Positions 10,213-21,346 of a stretch of DNA of 64,000 nucleotides are shown one piece after another; positions within the stretch are counted from its first letter, which is position 1, and each line of letters opens with the position of its first letter. Origin of the DNA: Candidatus Entotheonellaceae bacterium (GTDB lineage: Bacteria; Tectomicrobia; Entotheonellia; Entotheonellales; Entotheonellaceae); contig OZ250173.1 in assembly GCA_965238075.1 (NCBI GenBank), positions 960,001-1,024,000 on the forward strand, given 5' to 3'. The translations under genes were made by a program, and so were the position numbers. The notes below the pieces were generated by a model that made no database searches, was not told the DNA's origin, and was given only the letters and a program-made list of their open reading frames with translations.

Positions 10213-11115
10213 ATGTCTGATGCGATCGGCATCGTCGCTCTTGGCAACGCGGGTTCGGCCATGGCCGCAGCCCTGTCGGGAAAATTGCCGCTGATTGGCT
10301 ACGACCGCGACCCGAACCGCCGCCAAGCGGTGGCTGGATTGGCCATCGAGTGCGTCGACTCGGTGGCAGAGGTGGCGGCCCGCGCCAGGCGGGTCATCCT
10401 GTCGCTGCCGGCGTCGGATATTTCCCAGGCCGTGGTGACCGACCTCCTCGCAGGCGAACGGATTCCCGAGCTCATCATCGAAACGAGCACGGTCACGCCC
10501 AAGGTAGCGCAGACCCTGGACGGTTTGTGCCGCGCGCGCCAAGTGCGCTTCGTGGACGCAGCGATCGCCAGCGGTGTGGCGGCGATGGCGGCGGGGCAGG
10601 TCACCTTCCTGGTAGGCGGCGAGCCGGCGGATGTGGAGCAGGCGCGGCCCGTGCTCACGCCCATGGCCAAGAAGATCATGCACCTGGGTCCGGTCGGCGC
10701 CGGCATGGGCGCCAAGGTGGTGAACAACGCCGTCATGCACGCCGTCATGGTGGTGTTGATCGAAGCCGCTGCCCTGGCCGCCAAGCTGGACATCCCCATG
10801 CCCACCCTGGTCGATCTGCTGGCAGGCGAGGAGGGACTGAAGCGCCCGCTGACCCACCGGGTCTGCGAGCGCATGATGCAAGGCCACTACGACGGCGGCA
10901 TGTCCGTCCTCAATGCCCGTAAGGATTCCACCTTGGCGCTGGAAATCGCCCAGCAGTTGGGCGTGCCGCTTTACGCCATTCAGGCGTCGCACACGCCGTA
11001 CGAGATCGCCGCCGCCAGCGGCTTGGAGAACCTGGATTACGCTGCCCTGGCCACGCTGTGGGAGCAGTGGTGCGGCGTTCGTTTTGTTGACCATTCTCCG
11101 ACCCAAGAGGAATGA
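10213..11115 (+). CDS. NAD(P)-dependent 3-hydroxyisobutyrate / 6-phosphogluconate dehydrogenase family oxidoreductase
   Basis: Rossmann-like IGIVALGNAG, VDAAIASG, GAGMGAKVVNN. Confidence 0.85.
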   Translation: MSDAIGIVALGNAGSAMAAALSGKLPLIGYDRDPNRRQAVAGLAIECVDSVAEVAARARRVILSLPASDISQAVVTDLLAGERIPELIIETSTVTPKVAQTLDGLCRARQVRFVDAAIASGVAAMAAGQVTFLVGGEPADVEQARPVLTPMAKKIMHLGPVGAGMGAKVVNNAVMHAVMVVLIEAAALAAKLDIPMPTLVDLLAGEEGLKRPLTHRVCERMMQGHYDGGMSVLNARKDSTLALEIAQQLGVPLYAIQASHTPYEIAAASGLENLDYAALATLWEQWCGVRFVDHSPTQEE

Positions 11116-11470
11116 CGTTGAGATGAAGAATACTCTGGGCGGACTCGTCTTGACTCGTCCGCGTTACGCCGTAGCACAGAACGCTCACTGATGCGCGAAG
11201 TACAAGTAGGCCGCTATACTCCAACCGAGTCTCTCATAGCAGACCTGCCCGCTCGACTTTACGAACGACACCACTCTCGGCAACCTGTAACGGGGCGATG
11301 GTCAGACGGGGTATAACTACTGATCTGCGGTAGGAAGAAGTTTTGGAACTCAACGAACGAAAGCGAATGCAGTTGTCGCTGTAAGAACCGACAAACCAAA
11401 AAATAGTGGTAAGGCCAGGAGCGAGCCTTCTGGCTTCTACGGAACGGCGCTCGGATTGTCCATTCTCGGC

Positions 11471-11617
11471 CTAGGGCCTGTTGACATTCATATAGTCCAT
11501 CGTCTGTAATTGGCGGGAATTCAACCCCCAATCCCCGATCAGCCAAGTGGAGGTGGGCGCATGGTGCGAAGAATCCTCAGCGACTCGCAATGGGCGCGTG
11601 TGGCGCCAGGATATTGA
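11471..11617 (+). mobile_element. Truncated IS5-family element: left end plus first codons of the transposase
   Basis: CTAG followed by GGCCTGTTGACATT (IS5-like terminal IR), then RBS GGAGG and ATG 11561 MVRRILSDSQWARVAP (IS5/DUF4096 'LSDxQWxRI' start), stopping after 18 codons. Confidence 0.6.
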
Positions 11618-11855
11618 CGAAAAGAATCTTGCGATAGTCGTCAACAGGCAGCACCCTCACTGGCGAATGCTTGAAGGCGAGAATTCGATAGAAAACTACT
11701 TGCCGCACTGCGTCTACAATGGTGTCGCAGAGCATCGGGCGGCGCGGAAAAAGAGACTTGAGTCAGACACGGTGAAGAGACTCAAGGACAACTATCTGAG
11801 GGTTGTGTTTGAATTGCTGCAGAGCGCTGAAGATGAAGAGAATGGAACAGGGTAA
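11610..11855 (+). pseudogene. Orphan C-terminal gene fragment
   Basis: AT-richer open frame DIDEKNLAIVVNRQHPHW...LRVVFELLQ with no credible start of its own; abuts the IS remnant. Confidence 0.4.
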
Positions 11856-11914
11856 ATTGGTAATGCCTGCACGTTCATAAATGGCCATGGTGAACCCCAA
11901 AGAAAGGTTGTCGG

Positions 11915-12130
11915 ATGAAGAACGAATTCACAGCAATTATTGAGCAGGACGGGGAATGGTTCATTGCCTACTGTCCCGAAATTCCGGGGGCAAACGGTCA
12001 GGACAAAACCAAGGACGAGGCACGTGAAAGTTTGGCTGAGGCGATAGCGCTTATCCTCGAGGACCGTAGGGAGGAAGGGTTGCGTGGTGTGCCGCCAGAG
12101 GCCATCCGAGAGACGGTCACCGTCTCGTGA
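11915..12130 (+). CDS. hicB: Type II TA antitoxin HicB (short form, no DNA-binding domain)
   Basis: FTAIIEQDGEWFIAYCPEIPGANGQ.KT..EARESL.EAI, the HicB fold signature. Confidence 0.9.
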   Translation: MKNEFTAIIEQDGEWFIAYCPEIPGANGQDKTKDEARESLAEAIALILEDRREEGLRGVPPEAIRETVTVS

Positions 12131-12313
12131 AACGGAGCAGCTTGCTCCGACATCTTCGGAGGCACGGCTGCCGCCTCAAACGCGAAGGACGTTCTCATTC
12201 GCTGTGATTCAATCCAACCAACGGCGCCGTCGAAACGGTTCCACGTCATGCTGAAATATCCAGCCGCTTAACTCGCAAGATCTGTCGTAGTCTTTCGGTG
12301 CCGGAGGTCGGAG
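12127..12313 (+). pseudogene. hicA: HicA mRNA interferase toxin with premature TGA (12205-12207); 3' end approximate
   Basis: GTG overlaps the hicB stop; translation MKRSSLLRHLRRHGCRLKREGRSHSL*FNPTNGAVETVPRHAEISSRLTRKICRSLSVP. Confidence 0.85.
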
Positions 12314-12374
12314 TATGCGACCTGCAGATTGACGTGCATTTGGGTTTGTTGAGCAGTGAATCCAGAGATTTGTC

Positions 12375-13067
12375 TCACGGCATCGGCTGCGGGCGGGCAA
12401 CCAGCAGGCCATTATCGCGGGTGACGGGAATGGCAAAAGGATAGCGGTCGATGTGCAGGGCGAGGTCTTTGTCCTGGGGATGGAATTGCGGTTGGGTTGG
12501 GTCGTCGTACTTCTGGGCTTCGTGGCCCACGAGTACCAGTTGGCGAACCGCATCGGGGTCGGGTTGTCGGCCCTGCAAGCAGTTGCGCAGGTACAGAGCG
12601 CACTGCTCATCTTCATCGGCGCGCTGCTTGGAGGCATAACCCATCGCGACGATGCTGACCAGGGCCGGCTGCTGCTGCTGAATGGTCCGCACGGTCGCCG
12701 CGGCGGTGACGAACGATCCCAGGTAAAGTTTCTCGGCCGCCGATGCCGCGGTGGCGCCGACGGTGCCGGCGCGGGTCGATTGAATGACTGTTTTGCCCGT
12801 CAGATCAACGTTTTCGAGTTCGTAGGGTGAATTGCCGTAGTCGAAAGCGTCAGGTTTGACGCCGGCGACCTCGCCCATACAGAGATGTCCGACACCCTGG
12901 CGCCGCAAGGCCAGGGCTTCCTCGACCTCAGCCACCAGGACAATTTTCTCGGCCCCGCGCGCAAAAGCCACCGCCGCGGTCGTAAAGGCGCGGAACACGT
13001 CAATGATAATCGTGGTCCCCACGGCTTCCCGGGCGCCGCGCAACAGGCTGCCGATGCGAATTTCCAC
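12375..13067 (-). CDS. comB: 2-phosphosulfolactate phosphatase family
   Basis: IIIDVFRAFTT, GE..G, FDYGNSP, STRAGT, EDEQCA motifs. Confidence 0.85.
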   Translation of the reverse strand: MEIRIGSLLRGAREAVGTTIIIDVFRAFTTAAVAFARGAEKIVLVAEVEEALALRRQGVGHLCMGEVAGVKPDAFDYGNSPYELENVDLTGKTVIQSTRAGTVGATAASAAEKLYLGSFVTAAATVRTIQQQQPALVSIVAMGYASKQRADEDEQCALYLRNCLQGRQPDPDAVRQLVLVGHEAQKYDDPTQPQFHPQDKDLALHIDRYPFAIPVTRDNGLLVARPQPMP

Positions 13068-13091
13068 CTTGTGGCACCTCCCCCAGGGCTT

Positions 13092-14081
13092 TTACAAGCT
13101 GCGTACAGCTTCCATGAAGGCTGGCAGCACCGCCTGCCAATCCGCAACCACACCGTAGCGCGCTTCCCGAAAGATCGGCGCCTCGGCGTCCGTGTTGATC
13201 GCCACAATCACCTTGGCGCCCGAGCATCCCGCCATGTGCTGGCTGGCGCCTGAAATGCCGACCGTGATGTAGAGTTCCGGGGCAATCGTGGTGCCCGTGA
13301 GGCCGATCTGCCAGTAGCCGGGAACCCAGCCGGCGTCCACGGCAGCGCGCGAGGCGCCAACCGCTGCCCCGAGCGTGCCGGCCAGTTCTTCCAAGTCGCG
13401 GAAGGGCTCCGGGCCGCCCAACCCGCGGCCCCCGGAAATGACGACGCGGGCTTCCGTCAGGCTGACGCCGGAATGCTCGTGCCGGATACGCCGCATCACC
13501 CGCGCGCGCGCCTGCGAGGCATCGAGGGCTACTGGTACGGCTACGATCTCGCCTTGCCGGTCTGGGTCCGGTTTCAGCGGCTCGTATGCCTGTGAACGGA
13601 GGACCGCTATCTGCGGCGAGACGGTGCACCGCACACGGGCCAGAAAATTGCCGCCGTACACTGGCCGCAGCGCCGTCAAGCGCCCACTGTCGGGTTCGAA
13701 GCTGACTTCCAGGCAGTCCTGCAGCAGGCCGACGCCCAATCGGCCCGCCAAGCTCGGCGCCCACTCACGCCCCCAGGCCGAGCGGGCAAAAAGAATGACG
13801 TCCGGCGTGACGGCCTGACAAAGGCCGGCCAGCCCGCTCAAGCACAAATCAGCCGGCAAGTCCTGCAACAGCGCGTCATCCACGGTATAGACCCGTTCGG
13901 CACCGGCTTGTATTGCCGTCTCGGCGGCCATCGCCAAGTTGTGCCCGACCAGTCCAACCGTCAGCTCGCCTTCGAGGTCCCGCAGTAATGCTCGGCCAGC
14001 CGCCAGGAGTTCAGCCGTCGTCGGACCGAGGCCCCCGTTGCTGGCTTCCCCAACAATCAGCACCTGTCGTCCCGCCTGCAT
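13092..14081 (-). CDS. etfA: Electron transfer flavoprotein alpha subunit
   Basis: [32 protein letters not shown] motifs. Confidence 0.95.
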   Translation of the reverse strand: MQAGRQVLIVGEASNGGLGPTTAELLAAGRALLRDLEGELTVGLVGHNLAMAAETAIQAGAERVYTVDDALLQDLPADLCLSGLAGLCQAVTPDVILFARSAWGREWAPSLAGRLGVGLLQDCLEVSFEPDSGRLTALRPVYGGNFLARVRCTVSPQIAVLRSQAYEPLKPDPDRQGEIVAVPVALDASQARARVMRRIRHEHSGVSLTEARVVISGGRGLGGPEPFRDLEELAGTLGAAVGASRAAVDAGWVPGYWQIGLTGTTIAPELYITVGISGASQHMAGCSGAKVIVAINTDAEAPIFREARYGVVADWQAVLPAFMEAVRSL

Positions 14082-14104
14082 GCGCGTTACCCCTTTGCGG
14101 TCAC

Positions 14105-14905
14105 TCAGATGAGGCCGGCCTCGTGAAGCGTCGCGGCCAGCTTTTCCCCTGCGGCGGCGCCATCTTCAGCAGCGATGAATTCGCATGCCTGGGAGCGCTG
14201 CGGCAACAGCAGCTCAACGACCTCCACGCAAGCGGACAGAGCGACCGCATCCAGGCTCAAATCGGCGCGCGTCCACACCACGGGGCGCTTGCGCTTTGCC
14301 GCCATCAGGTTCCGCATGTTCGGATAGCGCGGCGCACCGAGCTCGTTGCTCACCGTCACCAGGGCCGGCAGCGCAGCTTCAACCACGTCATAACCATCGG
14401 CTACCAACTGCTCGACGACCACGCGGTCCTGTTCGACTTCCACCTTCTGCGCCAACGGGATACAAGGAACATCAAGCATTTCGGCGAGCAGCAGGGGTAC
14501 CTGGGCGTTGTCCCAGTCCGAGGCTTGGCGGCCGCACAGCAGCAGGTCAAAGGCACCGATCTTGCGGACCGCCGCCGCCAGCACCCGGGCGGTGACCATA
14601 CTGTCCGACAGGTTGGCGAAGGCCGTGTCCTGGCACAAAATCAGCGTGTCGGCTCCCATGCCCAGGGGTTTCTTAATGATGTCCAGACTGAATTGCCCAC
14701 CCACGGAGACCACGGTGACCTTGGCGCCGCAGTTGTCCTTGAGCCGCAGCGCCGCCTCCACGGCAACCTCGTCAAAGCCGTTCACCACCGGGGGCAGCGT
14801 GGCGGGCGTCACCACCTTCCGGGCGTCGTCGCCAATGCGCATGGCCGACAACGGCATGTCCGGATCGATCACCTGTTTGGCCGTCACGATCACGTGCAGC
14901 GCCAT
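14105..14905 (-). CDS. etfB: Electron transfer flavoprotein beta subunit
   Basis: KQVIDP, NGFDEVAVEAA, CGRQASDWDNAQV, PRYP; start at ATG 14905. Confidence 0.93.
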   Translation of the reverse strand: MALHVIVTAKQVIDPDMPLSAMRIGDDARKVVTPATLPPVVNGFDEVAVEAALRLKDNCGAKVTVVSVGGQFSLDIIKKPLGMGADTLILCQDTAFANLSDSMVTARVLAAAVRKIGAFDLLLCGRQASDWDNAQVPLLLAEMLDVPCIPLAQKVEVEQDRVVVEQLVADGYDVVEAALPALVTVSNELGAPRYPNMRNLMAAKRKRPVVWTRADLSLDAVALSACVEVVELLLPQRSQACEFIAAEDGAAAGEKLAATLHEAGLI

Positions 14906-14910
14906 ACCCC

Positions 14911-16398
14911 TTACTCCCCACCAGCGACGTCCGCAGCGGCGCTGGCGCCCGCCAGGCGGCCGAACACGGCGCCGGACGTCAGCCCGGAGCCGCCGGGGTA
15001 GTTGTGATAAAAGACGCCGCCGACCAGCTCGCCGGCGGCGTACAGGTTGGCAATGGGATTGCCTTCGGTGTCGATCACCTGCCCGCGCGTGTCGATCCGC
15101 AGCCCGCCGAAGGTGAAGGTGATGCCGCACGTCACCGCGTAGCCGACGAATGGCGGCGTGTCGATGGGCAAGGCCCAGTTCGACTTGGGCGGCGTAATGC
15201 CCCGGGTCGCCTTGCCGTCGAGTTCGGTCGGATTGTAGTCGCCCGGCTGCACCGCGGCGTTGAACGCCGCGACGGTCTGCTCCAACCCGTCGCGGTCGAT
15301 GCCCAATTGATCCGCCAGGTCCGCCACCGTGGCGGCCTCCGCTTTGGACACCTGAGCGATATGGTACTCGTCCCGTAGCAGGTGTTTGACCTTGTCGTCG
15401 AAGATCTGAACCGCCATGCCCAGCGGTTGGTGCAGGATTTCGCGTCCGTATTTGGCATACGTGTAGTTGCGAAAATCCGCGCCCTCATCGACGAAGCGCT
15501 GGCCCTCGGCGTTGACGATGATGCCGAACGGGTAGGAATGCTTCTGATACAGCTCGGTAATGGTGCGGTCGCCGGTTGGCGGCGCGTTCAGGTCCCAGGC
15601 CACGGCGTGGCAGCCGCTCCAGTGGCCGTACGGCTGGGCGCCGATGTCCAGCGCCATGCGAATGCCGTCGCCGGTGTTGTAGGGGATGCCCCGCACCTTG
15701 GCCAACTCCCAGCCGGGGCCGAGGTAGCGCGTGCGCATCTCGGCGTTGGACTCGAAGCCGCCGCAGGCCAGGATGACGGCCTTGGCGTGCAGGTCCTCAA
15801 ACCCCTGCGGTCCCTGCACCGTCGCGCCGATCACCCTGGCCTGTTGATCCTGCAGCAGCCGCACGCCTTTGGTGGCGTAGCGGGTTTCGACGCCCATGCG
15901 CTCCGCCACGGCGAATTGCTGATCCGACAGACCCTTGCCCGCCCCCACCGCTTCCACCAGCAGGCCGCCCCAGAAGTGGTATTTGTCGCCGCGCTTGAAC
16001 GCCTGGCGCCCAAAGGCGAGCACAAACCGCACACCGTGTTCTTGCAACCACTTGAGGGTCGGGAACGACTCGCTTACCAGAATCTGCGCCAGCTCGGGAT
16101 CGGCGAGACCGTTGGAAACCCGCATCAGATCGTCGTAAAAATCGTCTTCGGTGTACTGTCCGACCTCGACCGAGGCTTCCTCCTGCGGCGACATGTCGGG
16201 AATGAGCTGCTTGAGGTCGTCGAGGCCGTTGTAAGCGCAGCGGATGATGCCGCCGGTGAAGTAGGTGTTACCGCCGCGAAAGTACTCGGGCGCCTTTTCC
16301 AGGGCCAAAACGCTGGCGCCCTGCTCACGCGCCGCGATGGCCGCGCACAGGGCGGCGTTGCCGGCGCCAATGATGATGATATCGTGTTGCTTGCTCAC
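14911..16398 (-). CDS. tcuA: FAD-dependent tricarballylate dehydrogenase TcuA-like flavoprotein
   Basis: GAGNAALCAA, RGGN, ACGGFESN, GITFTFGGL, NYPGGSGLTSGAVFG; GTG start after GAGGAG. Confidence 0.85.
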   Translation of the reverse strand: MSKQHDIIIIGAGNAALCAAIAAREQGASVLALEKAPEYFRGGNTYFTGGIIRCAYNGLDDLKQLIPDMSPQEEASVEVGQYTEDDFYDDLMRVSNGLADPELAQILVSESFPTLKWLQEHGVRFVLAFGRQAFKRGDKYHFWGGLLVEAVGAGKGLSDQQFAVAERMGVETRYATKGVRLLQDQQARVIGATVQGPQGFEDLHAKAVILACGGFESNAEMRTRYLGPGWELAKVRGIPYNTGDGIRMALDIGAQPYGHWSGCHAVAWDLNAPPTGDRTITELYQKHSYPFGIIVNAEGQRFVDEGADFRNYTYAKYGREILHQPLGMAVQIFDDKVKHLLRDEYHIAQVSKAEAATVADLADQLGIDRDGLEQTVAAFNAAVQPGDYNPTELDGKATRGITPPKSNWALPIDTPPFVGYAVTCGITFTFGGLRIDTRGQVIDTEGNPIANLYAAGELVGGVFYHNYPGGSGLTSGAVFGRLAGASAAADVAGGE

Positions 16399-16457
16399 GG
16401 CACTCCTCGTCATGAACGGTGTTTCTGTGAAAATAGCCGGCGCAACGCCCCCGACCG

Positions 16458-16790
16458 TCGCAGGGGCACCCCTTGCGGGTGCCCATTGTCACCGTACAGG
16501 CGGGAATCCACAGGGCGGGCACGAGGCCCGCCGGGGGGGAATGTAACCCCCCAACCCCCCCTTGTCAGGGGGCGGTCGACCCGGAATCCATCCAACCCTC
16601 CTTGTCAGGGGGGCGGCGGTCGACCCGGAATCCAGCGACCTTTTGCCCCGGAAGCCTGCCGGATTCCGCCGGAGTGACGGGACTCGAACGCAAGCCAGAA
16701 TCCAGAGTAGAGGCACCACTCCGGAAACCATTTTCATCACCCTTATACGGCCTTAGCAAAGCCTGCCCCCGTGTTTGAACGGGGGGCCAT
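16458..16790. repeat. Mosaic of REP-like palindromes with a ~40-bp direct repeat
   Basis: GGGCACCCTTGCGGGTGCCC and GGCGGGCACGAGGCCCGCC hairpins; two copies of CCAACCC(C/T)CCTTGTCAGGGGG..GGTCGACCCGGAATCCA (16551-16590, 16592-16634); recurring GGAATCCA/GGATTCC; CCCCCGT...ACGGGGG. Confidence 0.7.
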
Positions 16791-16803
16791 CGTGATTCCG
16801 GGG

Positions 16804-17769
16804 TTATGAGGACGGCGCGACGATCCAGGGCAGCCGCTCCAGGTCGACGTTGCCGCCGGTCAGCATGACGCCGACGCGCTTGCCGGACACCTCCAGGCGG
16901 TTGTCGAGCAGGGCGGCGACAGGCACCGCGGACGACGGCTCAATGATGATCTTCATGCGCTCCCAGACGTAGCGCATCGCCGCAACGATGGCTTCCTCGT
17001 CCACGGTGACGATCTGCGCGACATGGCGTTGCAGAATGGCGAAGGTGAGTTCGCCGAGCGAGGTGCGCAAACCGTCGGCGATCGTGGTCGGATCATTCGC
17101 CGGCAGAATCTTGCCGGCCGCCAGCGACCGGCAGGCATCATCCGCCGCCGCGGGCTCTGCCCCGATTACTTGGGTGCCGGGGGTGCGCGCCGCCGCGGTC
17201 AGCGCCGTGCCGCTGAGCAAGCCGCCGCCGCCTACGGGCGCCAGAATCACGTCGAGTTCCGGTACCTCGGCGCAAAGCTCCAGGGCCGCGGTGCCTTGGC
17301 CGGCAATGACCTTGGCATTGTCGTAAGGATGGACGAAGGCGGCGCCGGTCTCACGCACCACGGCTTCCAGGGTAGCCTCCCTCGCCTCCTGGGTCGGTTC
17401 GCAATACACAATCGTGCCGCCATAACCGGCCACTGCCGCCTTCTTGCTCGCCGGCGCATTGGTGGGCATCACGATGCGGGCCGACATACCGCGCAAGCGC
17501 GCAGCCAAGGCCAGGGCGGCGCCGTGGTTGCCCGACGAATGCGTGGCGACGCCTCGCTTCGCCTCAGCGTCCGACAGTGACATGACGGCATTGCACGCGC
17601 CGCGGAACTTGAAGGCGCCCGCCTTCTGGAAATTTTCGCACTTGCAGAAGATCCGCGCGCCGACCCGGTCGTCCAGGCTGGAACAGGTCAGCACCGGGGT
17701 GTGGTGCACGAGCCCCTCAACACGGGCTACGGCTTCTTGAACGTCGTCAAATGTTGGGACGGCTGTCAT
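16804..17769 (-). CDS. PLP-dependent serine racemase / threonine dehydratase family
   Basis: KCENFQKAGAFKFRGA, SSGNHG, VGGGGL, EPSSA motifs. Confidence 0.92.
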   Translation of the reverse strand: MTAVPTFDDVQEAVARVEGLVHHTPVLTCSSLDDRVGARIFCKCENFQKAGAFKFRGACNAVMSLSDAEAKRGVATHSSGNHGAALALAARLRGMSARIVMPTNAPASKKAAVAGYGGTIVYCEPTQEAREATLEAVVRETGAAFVHPYDNAKVIAGQGTAALELCAEVPELDVILAPVGGGGLLSGTALTAAARTPGTQVIGAEPAAADDACRSLAAGKILPANDPTTIADGLRTSLGELTFAILQRHVAQIVTVDEEAIVAAMRYVWERMKIIIEPSSAVPVAALLDNRLEVSGKRVGVMLTGGNVDLERLPWIVAPSS

Positions 17770-17903
17770 CTGTTATCTCCAAGCACGGCATGGTTTGCGC
17801 GCCGAAAACCACGCGGTATACAATGCCACCACACGCTGGCCGCATCCTTGCGGAAACCGCCCTCAGCACGGATTTTCCCCCAAATTCAAGGACGATCCCA
17901 TAA

Positions 17904-18617
17904 ATGGCAGACTTCAAAACCCATCTGTCGGTGGCCGGAACCCTCAGCGGCGTCCTGGTGATAGGATGCTTGCAGACCAACCTTGCCGAGCCGAAAGACG
18001 CGCTGTTGTTCTTCACCATGGGAACGGTCGGCGGCATCCTGCCCGACATCGATTCCGACCACTCCGTTCCCGTCAACATCCTGTTCAGTTGCCTGGCTAC
18101 CCTGGCGGCGTTCTTCAGCGTCTTCAGCAAAATCGGCGTCTACTCGATAGCCGAATCGATTCTTCTGTGGATCGTCGTGTTCGTCATCGTGCGCTATCTC
18201 GTCTTCCAGTTATTCAAACGATTCACCGTACACCGCGGCGTCTTTCACTCCCTGCTCGCGGCGGTGTTCTTTTGCTTTCTGAGCACCATTGTGTTGCACG
18301 ATGTCTTTGCGCTGCCCGGCGCTCTGGCGTGGCTCTCAGGCTGTTTCATTGTGGTCGGCTATTTGATTCACTTGCTTCTCGATGAGCTGTACAGCGTGGA
18401 CATGATGGGAGTCCGTTTGAAGAAGTCGTTTGGCACGGCGCTGAAACCGATCAGTTTCAGGTATCTGAAGGCATCCATCGCGCTCATCACCGCCACGCTC
18501 GTGCTGTACTTCTTCGTACCGGAGGTGGCGAGTTTTATCCAGGAGGTAGGCGATGTCAAGCTGTACGACACCCTCAGACAAAACCTGCTGCCGCAAGAGG
18601 GGTGGTTCGGTTTCTGA
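17904..18617 (+). CDS. YdjM-like membrane metal-dependent hydrolase
   Basis: FKTH, LPDID, HRGVFHS, HLLLD motifs with TM helices. Confidence 0.85.
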   Translation: MADFKTHLSVAGTLSGVLVIGCLQTNLAEPKDALLFFTMGTVGGILPDIDSDHSVPVNILFSCLATLAAFFSVFSKIGVYSIAESILLWIVVFVIVRYLVFQLFKRFTVHRGVFHSLLAAVFFCFLSTIVLHDVFALPGALAWLSGCFIVVGYLIHLLLDELYSVDMMGVRLKKSFGTALKPISFRYLKASIALITATLVLYFFVPEVASFIQEVGDVKLYDTLRQNLLPQEGWFGF

Positions 18618-18683
18618 CCGACCGGTTTTGATCGCAGGAAAACTTGGCCGAGCGGGGACGTTATCAAAACAAGGAGAAATCGT

Positions 18684-19319
18684 GTGCAGCACATCCTGAT
18701 TTACGCCGATTCACTCTCGTGGGGCATCATTCCGCTGACGCGCCAGCGGCTGGCGTTTGAAGCGCGCTGGCCGGGGGTGATGGAGACCATTTTGAACGCC
18801 GAAGGCTGCAAGGTGCGGGTGCACGAGGACTGTCTCAACGGACGGCGCACGGTGTGGGAGGACCCGTACAAACCGGGGCGCAACGGCTTGCAGGGGCTGG
18901 CGCAGCGCATTGAAATCCACTCGCCCTTGGCCTTGGTGATCCTGATGCTGGGCACCAACGATTTTCAGTCCATGCACCCGCACAATGCCTGGCACTCGGC
19001 CCAGGGGATTGCGGCCCTGATCACCGCCATTCGCCAAGCCCCCATCGAGCCGGGCATGCCGGTGCCGCCGGTGTTGGTGGCGACACCGCCGCCCATTCGC
19101 ACGCCCCAGGGGCCTATCGCCGGCAAATTCGTGGGCGGTGACGAAAAATGTGCGGGCCTGGCCGGGGCGTACCGTGAGGTTGCCGACAGCCTTGACTGCG
19201 CTTTCTTCGACGCCGCCACCGTGACCACCTCCAGCCAGGTGGACGGCGTTCATCTCGACGCCGACCAGCACGCGACGCTCGGCGAGGCCATGGCCAAGGC
19301 GGCAGACCCGCTGCTCTAG
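18684..19319 (+). CDS. SGNH/GDSL hydrolase
   Basis: ADSLSWG, LNGR, LGTND, DGVH blocks. Confidence 0.9.
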   Translation: MQHILIYADSLSWGIIPLTRQRLAFEARWPGVMETILNAEGCKVRVHEDCLNGRRTVWEDPYKPGRNGLQGLAQRIEIHSPLALVILMLGTNDFQSMHPHNAWHSAQGIAALITAIRQAPIEPGMPVPPVLVATPPPIRTPQGPIAGKFVGGDEKCAGLAGAYREVADSLDCAFFDAATVTTSSQVDGVHLDADQHATLGEAMAKAADPLL

Positions 19320-19339
19320 TCGCGTGTTGACACCCCAGC

Positions 19340-20875
<1,536 letters not shown>

Positions 20876-21100
20876 GTTGGCGGGTTCCTCGGTTCGGTGC
20901 CGCCCGGCGTCGACCGGAGAGCGGCAGCCGGCGCCGGGTAATCGAATGCGACTTTTTGATTGCGTTAATGGAGCAAGTTGTATGCCAGCATCCGAAAAAT
21001 CGCGCAACATGTGCTGCGGCCAACGTAAACCCGCGACCCTTGAAGACCCACATACCCAACCACCTGTTCCTGCCAGCGATCAATCAGCGACAAAAAGCCG

Positions 21101-21152
21101 AACATTGTTGTGCCCGGACACAACAATGTTGTCTTTCCGACAAAACTGTCGG
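21101..21152. promoter_or_regulatory. Upstream activator sequences for the amtB sigma-54 promoter
   Basis: Perfect IR AACATTGTTGTG-N6-CACAACAATGTT (21101-21130); CCGACA-N4-TGTCGG (21137-21152); NifA-type TGT-N10-ACA (21127-21142). Confidence 0.75.
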
Positions 21153-21260
21153 TCATGACTGGCCGGGCCGGCCTCGCACGGTTTCGATTCGACATACGGA
21201 AGCACATAAATCATTGACTCCGCGTCGCTTCAGCGATCCGATGGCCGGACCCGCGCCGGC

Positions 21261-21276
21261 TGGCATAAGAATTGCT
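21261..21276 (+). promoter_or_regulatory. Sigma-54 -24/-12 promoter of amtB
   Basis: TGGCATAAGAATTGCT = GG-N10-GC consensus; IHF-like site at about 21205-21219. Confidence 0.88.
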
Positions 21277-21346
21277 CTACCACGGAACAGCCAACTCCGA
21301 GGACGGCATCTCAACCTGACACGATCCACCTGTACAGGAGGTAATC

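Noticed and set aside
12205-12207. hicA TGA as selenocysteine, or as evidence of a UGA=Trp genetic code
   Set aside because: The position is not a Cys/redox site and no clear SECIS follows. Many intact genes here end in TGA (e.g. at 2852, 11115, 38780), so the standard code applies.
16410-16778. Short ORFs in the 16.4-16.8 kb gap
   Set aside because: They are translations of palindromic repeats with no protein-like signal.
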